This document shows positions 59,078 to 64,000 of a stretch of DNA of 64,000 nucleotides, piece after piece (within the stretch, counting starts at the first letter, position 1; every line of letters begins with the position of its first letter). A program made the translations under genes and the position numbers. The notes under the pieces were generated by a model. That model saw nothing but the letters and a program-made list of their open reading frames with translations. It was not told the DNA's origin and did not search any database. The stretch comes from Planctomycetota bacterium (GTDB taxonomy: Bacteria; Planctomycetota; UBA1135; UBA2386), in the NCBI GenBank assembly GCA_046290465.1, contig JBKAGP010000001.1, forward strand, positions 5,760,001-5,824,000, read 5' to 3'.

Positions 59078-60747
59078 CCGAAACCCCGTTCTCGTTCCCC
59101 TCTTCGTGGCGCTGGCTCGACCGGCCGCCGCTGCGCCTCGACACCGGCCTGCAGGGCCACGTCGCGGTCGTGCTCTACTGGCGGGTCGGCTGCGCGCACA
59201 GCCGGGCGGCGTTGAGCGAGCTGGCGCTGGCGAGCCTGCGCGAGCGGGACCGCGCCGTCGCGTTCGTTGCGGTGCACGTGCCGGTGGAGCCGGGCGAGGA
59301 GGACGACGAGCGCGTCCGGCGCCAGCTGGCGCAGCTGCCGGCGCCGCTGGTCGCCGCCGTCGCGGCCGATGCGGACGAGGTCGACCGGCTGCCGACGATG
59401 GTGCTCGTCGATGCCGCCGGGGTCGTGCAGGCACGTGCACCGGGGGTGCCCCGTCGCCGGCGCCTTCGCGAAGCGGTCGGGGCCCTGTGCCGGCAGGCCG
59501 ACGAGTCCGGCCAGGCGGCGCTGGTGCCGTTCGTGCCGCACGAGACCGGCTCGCGCGGTGGCCTGCGCGCGATCGCGGCGGCGCACGACGGCGAACGGCT
59601 GTGGCTGGCGAGCGCCGGCCAGCGCCGCGTGCTCGCCGTCGACGGCGACGGCAACGTGACCCACAGCTTCGGGTCGGGCGCCTGGGGCAAGCAGGACGGC
59701 GACGCCGCGTCGTGCTCGTTCGCGCTGCCCGCGGCGCTGTGCGTGCACGACGGCTTCGTCGCGGTCGCCGACGCGCAGACCCACGTGCTGCGCGCGATCG
59801 ACGCCGGCAACGGCGACGTGACCACCTGGGTCGGCACCGGCCAGTTCGGGGCCGACGACGTCGGCGGCGGCTACGGTTCCGACCAGCCGCTGTGCAGCCC
59901 GGCCGGCATGGTCAGCCACGACGGCGGCCTGTACCTGTGCCAGACGGGCGTCGAGCAGCTCTGGCAGGTGGACCCGATGACCGGCGCCGCGATGGCCTGG
60001 CTCGGCGCCAACTACGGTGGCGAGGAGTTCCGCCAGCCGGTCGCGCTGGCGCAGGTGGACGACCAGCTGTGGCTGTGCGAGGCGGGCGCCGGAGCGCTGA
60101 CCTGCGTCGACCTCGCCCACGTCGAGGTCCGCGAGCGCCGCTCCGGCATGCAGCGACCCACCGGCGTCGCGGTGGTCGGGGAGCGGATCTTCGTCGCCGA
60201 CGCCGGCCGCGGCGAGGTGCTCGAACGCATCGCCGCCGAGGCGGGCTTGCGCCGCTGCTTCGGTCCGGACGACGGCCTGCGCGAGCCGGTCGCGCTCGCC
60301 AGCGACGGCGAGCGCCTGTTCGTCGTCGACGCGGCGGCCGACCGGGTGTTCGTCGCGACCGTCGGTGAGTCGTTGGGGCCGCTGCAGCCGTTCGAACTGC
60401 ACGGCCTGCCGGAGCCGGCGCGGCTGCGCAGCGGCCCGCGCGCGATGGTGGCGCGGCCATGCCACCTCGCTGAGCACAGCGACGTCACCCTGACGATCGC
60501 GCTGCCGGGCCAGGACGGCGAGACGGTGGTCGTCGACGTCGTCGACGAGGCCGACCCGGTGCTGGCGGTGCCGCGCGACACCGTGGTCGAAGTCCGCGGT
60601 GGCCGCATCGAGGTGCTGCTGCCGATCGCCGAAGGGCTGCTCGGCGCGCTGCGCATCCGCGTGCAGGTCGCCGGCCGCACGCGGCACTACGTGCTGCCGG
60701 TCACGGTCGGGACGGACGGCGCCACCGAGGCCGAACTGGTCGTCTGA
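59074..60747 (+). CDS. Thioredoxin-like + NHL beta-propeller protein (NHLRC2/SOQ1-like architecture)
   Basis: LQGHVAVVLYWRVGCAHS, VAVH, PTMVLVD..G; NHL repeats (GSG..G.QDG, ADAQTHVLRAID, PVALA). Confidence 0.8.
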   Translation: MTETPFSFPSSWRWLDRPPLRLDTGLQGHVAVVLYWRVGCAHSRAALSELALASLRERDRAVAFVAVHVPVEPGEEDDERVRRQLAQLPAPLVAAVAADADEVDRLPTMVLVDAAGVVQARAPGVPRRRRLREAVGALCRQADESGQAALVPFVPHETGSRGGLRAIAAAHDGERLWLASAGQRRVLAVDGDGNVTHSFGSGAWGKQDGDAASCSFALPAALCVHDGFVAVADAQTHVLRAIDAGNGDVTTWVGTGQFGADDVGGGYGSDQPLCSPAGMVSHDGGLYLCQTGVEQLWQVDPMTGAAMAWLGANYGGEEFRQPVALAQVDDQLWLCEAGAGALTCVDLAHVEVRERRSGMQRPTGVAVVGERIFVADAGRGEVLERIAAEAGLRRCFGPDDGLREPVALASDGERLFVVDAAADRVFVATVGESLGPLQPFELHGLPEPARLRSGPRAMVARPCHLAEHSDVTLTIALPGQDGETVVVDVVDEADPVLAVPRDTVVEVRGGRIEVLLPIAEGLLGALRIRVQVAGRTRHYVLPVTVGTDGATEAELVV

Positions 60748-60868
60748 CGCCGGCGTCGGTGCCGGCGCCCACGCCCTGGTGGGACCCGGTGGATACATCT
60801 GTGTGCAATGCGCGTAGTTTGCGTTCACGCGGAGCGCGGGTGAGCAACGCACCCGCACGCCCCTCCGC

Positions 60869-61576
60869 ATGCTCGCCTTCCAGGACCCAACGAGCGGCGC
60901 GTGGCAACAGCTGCGCGACGCCTTCGACCGCACCGGCTACGACTCTGCGCTGACCCTCGCGGTCTACCTCGTCGCCGGTGGTCTGCTCGCCTTCTACGTG
61001 CGGTTGCTCTACCGCCGCACCAGCCGCAACCCGTCGGCGGACTCGGTGGCGCGGGTGTTCCCGCTGCTGACGCTGGTCACGATCGCGGTGATCTCGGTCG
61101 TCAAGGCGTCGCTGTCGCTGTCGCTCGGCCTGGTCGGGGCGCTGTCGATCGTGCGCTTCCGCGCCGCGATCAAGGACCCCGAAGAGCTGGTCTACCTGTT
61201 CTTGTGCATCGGCATCGGCCTGTCGCTCGGCGCCGCGCAGCCGTGGATCGCGATCTCGCTGGTGGTCGCCGCGACGCTGTTCGTGCTGGTGTTCGAACGG
61301 TTCGGCCGCGGCCATCAGGCCGCCGAGGCGTTCGTCACGGTGGTCGGTCCGGCCGGCCGCTTCGTCGGCGACGGACCCGACACGGCGCTCGCGGTCGTCG
61401 ACGACTTGTGCAGCGCCGTCGTCGTGCAGCGCTGCGACCTCGACGGCGACGAGGGCCAGCTGCGGGCGCAGGTCCGGGCGGCACGCGGCCTGCAGACGCA
61501 GCGGCTGATCACCGCGCTGCGGGGGCGGCTGCCCGACTGCCAGGTCTCCTACGTGGATGCGGGGGCGCTCTCGTAG
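60869..61576 (+). CDS. DUF4956 membrane protein
   Basis: VISVVKASLSLSLGLVGALSIVRFRAAIKDPEELVYLF..IGIGL. Confidence 0.92.
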   Translation: MLAFQDPTSGAWQQLRDAFDRTGYDSALTLAVYLVAGGLLAFYVRLLYRRTSRNPSADSVARVFPLLTLVTIAVISVVKASLSLSLGLVGALSIVRFRAAIKDPEELVYLFLCIGIGLSLGAAQPWIAISLVVAATLFVLVFERFGRGHQAAEAFVTVVGPAGRFVGDGPDTALAVVDDLCSAVVVQRCDLDGDEGQLRAQVRAARGLQTQRLITALRGRLPDCQVSYVDAGALS

Positions 61577-62298
61577 TGGTCGCGGTCACCCTGCACGACG
61601 AGGCCGCACAGCGGGCCGACCTGGCGCGTCGCGGCGAGACCAAGTACGCGTTCCGCCGCCACGACGTCGCGACCCTGCGCGCGATGTTGCGGCGGTTCGC
61701 CGATCCGATCGTCTACGCCGACCACGTCTCGACGGTGCGCAGCGCCTACTTCGACGACCTCCGCCTCGGCTCGTGCTACGCCAACCTCGACGGCCTCGGC
61801 GTGCGCAACAAGTTCCGGGTGCGCTGGTACGACCGCGAACGGCCCGACGGCGACTGCTGGTTCGAGATCAAGTGGCGCAACAGCCTCGCGACCGGCAAGC
61901 ATCGCTTCCGGATCCCCGAGGGTGCGGTGCTGGCGCGCACGCCGCTGTGGCGGTGGCCGCGGGCGCTGCGCGCGGCGGTGCCGGAGCGCTTCGGCAGGCT
62001 GCTCGAGAAGATGCAGCAAGCCGTCACGGTGGTCGAGTACCGCCGGGAGCACTTCGCGCTCGGCGACGCCCGGCTGACGCTCGACTACGACCTCCGCTTC
62101 TACCCGCTGCTCGGCTGCCGCGACCTGACGCTGCGCTTCGCCGAGCGCCTGCCTTCGTTCGCGCTGGTCGAGTGCAAGGGACCGCTCGACGGTTCCCGCC
62201 GCGAGCAACGCGTGCTGCGACCGCTCGGCGCGCGCGCGGTGCGCTTCTCCAAGTACGTGACCGCCTGCCAGCGGCTCGGCTACGCCGCCGACATCTAG
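61576..62298 (+). CDS. VTC-domain (polyphosphate polymerase-like, CYTH) protein
   Basis: RGETKY, VRSAYFD, RNKFRVRWY, FEIK, EYRRE, RLTLD, VECK, FSKY; GTG start overlaps the upstream TAG. Confidence 0.9.
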   Translation: MVAVTLHDEAAQRADLARRGETKYAFRRHDVATLRAMLRRFADPIVYADHVSTVRSAYFDDLRLGSCYANLDGLGVRNKFRVRWYDRERPDGDCWFEIKWRNSLATGKHRFRIPEGAVLARTPLWRWPRALRAAVPERFGRLLEKMQQAVTVVEYRREHFALGDARLTLDYDLRFYPLLGCRDLTLRFAERLPSFALVECKGPLDGSRREQRVLRPLGARAVRFSKYVTACQRLGYAADI

Positions 62299-62315
62299 AT
62301 CCGACCTCCGACACC

Positions 62316-64000
62316 ATGAGCATCCGAACCCCCGTCCTGTTCCTGTTCGCAGCCGCATGTGCGGTGTCCGCATTGCCCGCGCAAGGGCGCCGCGGCCGGC
62401 GTGGCCCGCCACGGTCCCCGGTGTTCGAGGCGATCGACATCGACGGCGACCAGCAGGTCTCCGGCGAGGAGATGGACGAGGCGGTGCGTTCCCTGCTGAC
62501 CCTGGATCGCGACGGCGACGGCAACCTGACCACCGAAGAACTGGCGCCGCAGGGCGGCGGCCGCGGGTTCGGGGGGCCGCCGGGCATGTTCGGCATGGAC
62601 CCGCTGCTGCGGGCGCTCGACAAGGATGGCGACGGCGAACTGTTCGAGGACGAGGTCACCGACGCACCCCGGTCGCTCGACCGGCTCGACCGCGACGACG
62701 ACGACGTGCTGACGCGGGCAGAACTCGAAGGAGATCGCGACCGAGGTGGCTTCCCGGGCGGCTTCCCCGGCGGCGGGCGCGGCGGCTTCGGTCGCGGTGG
62801 TCGCGGCGACGGCGGCGGCTACGACGGAACGCCGACGCCCGAGCAGCTGCGGCCCGAAGACGGTCGCGCCACCGTGCCCGATCGCGCGACGTTCCAGGAG
62901 CTGTCGTACCAGGGCAAGGAGGTGATGATCGACACGCACCTCGCCGACCAGGAGTTCGTCAAGTTCCAGATCGAGGACGCGGCCGGCGATGCGCCGCGGC
63001 TGTACTTCATGAACACCAAGAAGCACCGCGCGCACCCGATGTTCATGCAGCTGATTGGCGTCGGTGGCCGCGGTGGCTTCGGCGGCCGCAGCGAGGGCGG
63101 CGACGTGCGCATGCGCGGCGTGCTGGTCTACCGGCCGACGCTGATGTCCCCGAGCAGCAGGCCCGGGCTCTACACGTTCGAGTTCGAACCGAACGACGCA
63201 TACGAGTACGACATGATCCGGATCGCGTTCGACCTGCTCAGCGAGAAGTCGGCCGAACTGCGCGGCAACCTGGCCTACAACCTGCTGACGCTGGCCGCGC
63301 GGCAATACGAGAAGGACAAGGCGGACTACGACCGCACGGGCCTGCCGGTGTTCCGTCCCGACGACGTCTATGGCGAGGTCGCGTTCCTGCCGCTGCACCG
63401 GGCGGAGTCATTCGGCCGGCTGCGCTTGATGCAGCAGGGCGAGCGGCCGTCGCAGCGCGACATCGTGATCTACCGCACGCTGCCCAACGAGATGCCGCGC
63501 GTCGCCGGCGTGCTGACCGCGGTCCGGCAGACGCCGCTGTCGCACGTCAACCTGCGGGCGGTCCAGGACGACGTGCCGAACGCGTTCGTGCACGGGATCG
63601 CCGACGATGCCGCCGTGCAGCGGCTGCTCGGCAAGTTCGTGCGCTACGCCGTGACCGACGGTGGCTACGAGCTGCGCGAGGCGAGCCAGCAGGAGGTCGA
63701 CGCGCACTTCGAGGCGCTGCGCCCGCAGCAAGAACAGGTGCCGCCGCGCGACCTGTCGGTGCGCGAGGTGCGGCCGTTCTCGGCGATCGGCTTCGACGAC
63801 TCGACGAGCTTCGGCGTCAAGGCGTCGAACCTCGCCACCCTGCGCACGTTCGGGTTCTCGGACGGCCGCACGCCGGACGGCTACGCGGTGCCGTTCGCGT
63901 TCTACGACGCGTTCATGAAGCACAACCGCTTCTACGAGATGGCGCGCACGATGATGGCGACGGGCGACTTCCAGCGGGATCCGGAGACGCGCGAACGCGC
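62316..64000 (+). CDS. Exported EF-hand + PEP-utiliser phospho-His + PEP/pyruvate-binding (PPDK_N-like) protein, 3' truncated by the window
   Basis: Own translation from ATG 62316, open to the window end: signal MSIRTPVLFLFAAACAVSALPAQ; DIDGDQQVSGEE, DRDGDGNLTTEE, DKDGDGELFEDE, DRDDDDVLTRAE; QTPLSHVNLRA; GVKASNLATL...PDGYAVPF. Confidence 0.85.
   Translation, partial: MSIRTPVLFLFAAACAVSALPAQGRRGRRGPPRSPVFEAIDIDGDQQVSGEEMDEAVRSLLTLDRDGDGNLTTEELAPQGGGRGFGGPPGMFGMDPLLRALDKDGDGELFEDEVTDAPRSLDRLDRDDDDVLTRAELEGDRDRGGFPGGFPGGGRGGFGRGGRGDGGGYDGTPTPEQLRPEDGRATVPDRATFQELSYQGKEVMIDTHLADQEFVKFQIEDAAGDAPRLYFMNTKKHRAHPMFMQLIGVGGRGGFGGRSEGGDVRMRGVLVYRPTLMSPSSRPGLYTFEFEPNDAYEYDMIRIAFDLLSEKSAELRGNLAYNLLTLAARQYEKDKADYDRTGLPVFRPDDVYGEVAFLPLHRAESFGRLRLMQQGERPSQRDIVIYRTLPNEMPRVAGVLTAVRQTPLSHVNLRAVQDDVPNAFVHGIADDAAVQRLLGKFVRYAVTDGGYELREASQQEVDAHFEALRPQQEQVPPRDLSVREVRPFSAIGFDDSTSFGVKASNLATLRTFGFSDGRTPDGYAVPFAFYDAFMKHNRFYEMARTMMATGDFQRDPETRER

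Overview
Very GC-rich, gene-dense bacterial chromosome segment. Planctomycetota is the likely lineage; this is an inference from protein style (many signal-peptide proteins ending in ...AQ, secretin-like and DUF4384 proteins, a Ser/Thr kinase beside an ECF sigma factor). About 60 CDS were called. Most are housekeeping or envelope genes: DEAD-box and Upf1-like helicases, rlmH, RsmB-type methyltransferase, queA, queG, thiE, pruA, gmhA, mdh, ETF-QO, glpD, an LpoB/YcfL lipoprotein cluster and a hybrid histidine kinase. No rRNA, tRNA or CRISPR array was seen. Main points of interest: (1) a compositionally distinct island at ~27.6-36.8 kb, with a decayed, internally deleted IS110 on its left, encoding a secretin-like protein, two signal-peptide caspase-family (C14) proteases (one fused to FGE-sulfatase, one to DUF4384 with a duplicated RDIGVK motif), a membrane Ser/Thr kinase, an ECF sigma factor with a Cys/His-rich insert and a membrane anti-sigma candidate, which together suggest an extracytoplasmic protease-to-sigma signalling system; (2) two internally duplicated secretin-like proteins; (3) a DUF4956-VTC operon whose third gene is an exported EF-hand / phospho-His / PPDK-like protein, missing from the ORF track; (4) a sigma54-type promoter before a 65-aa zinc-ribbon protein; (5) a candidate structured small RNA at ~56.6 kb; (6) an IS630 relic at the window start. 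All family calls come from motif recognition by eye; no searches were run.
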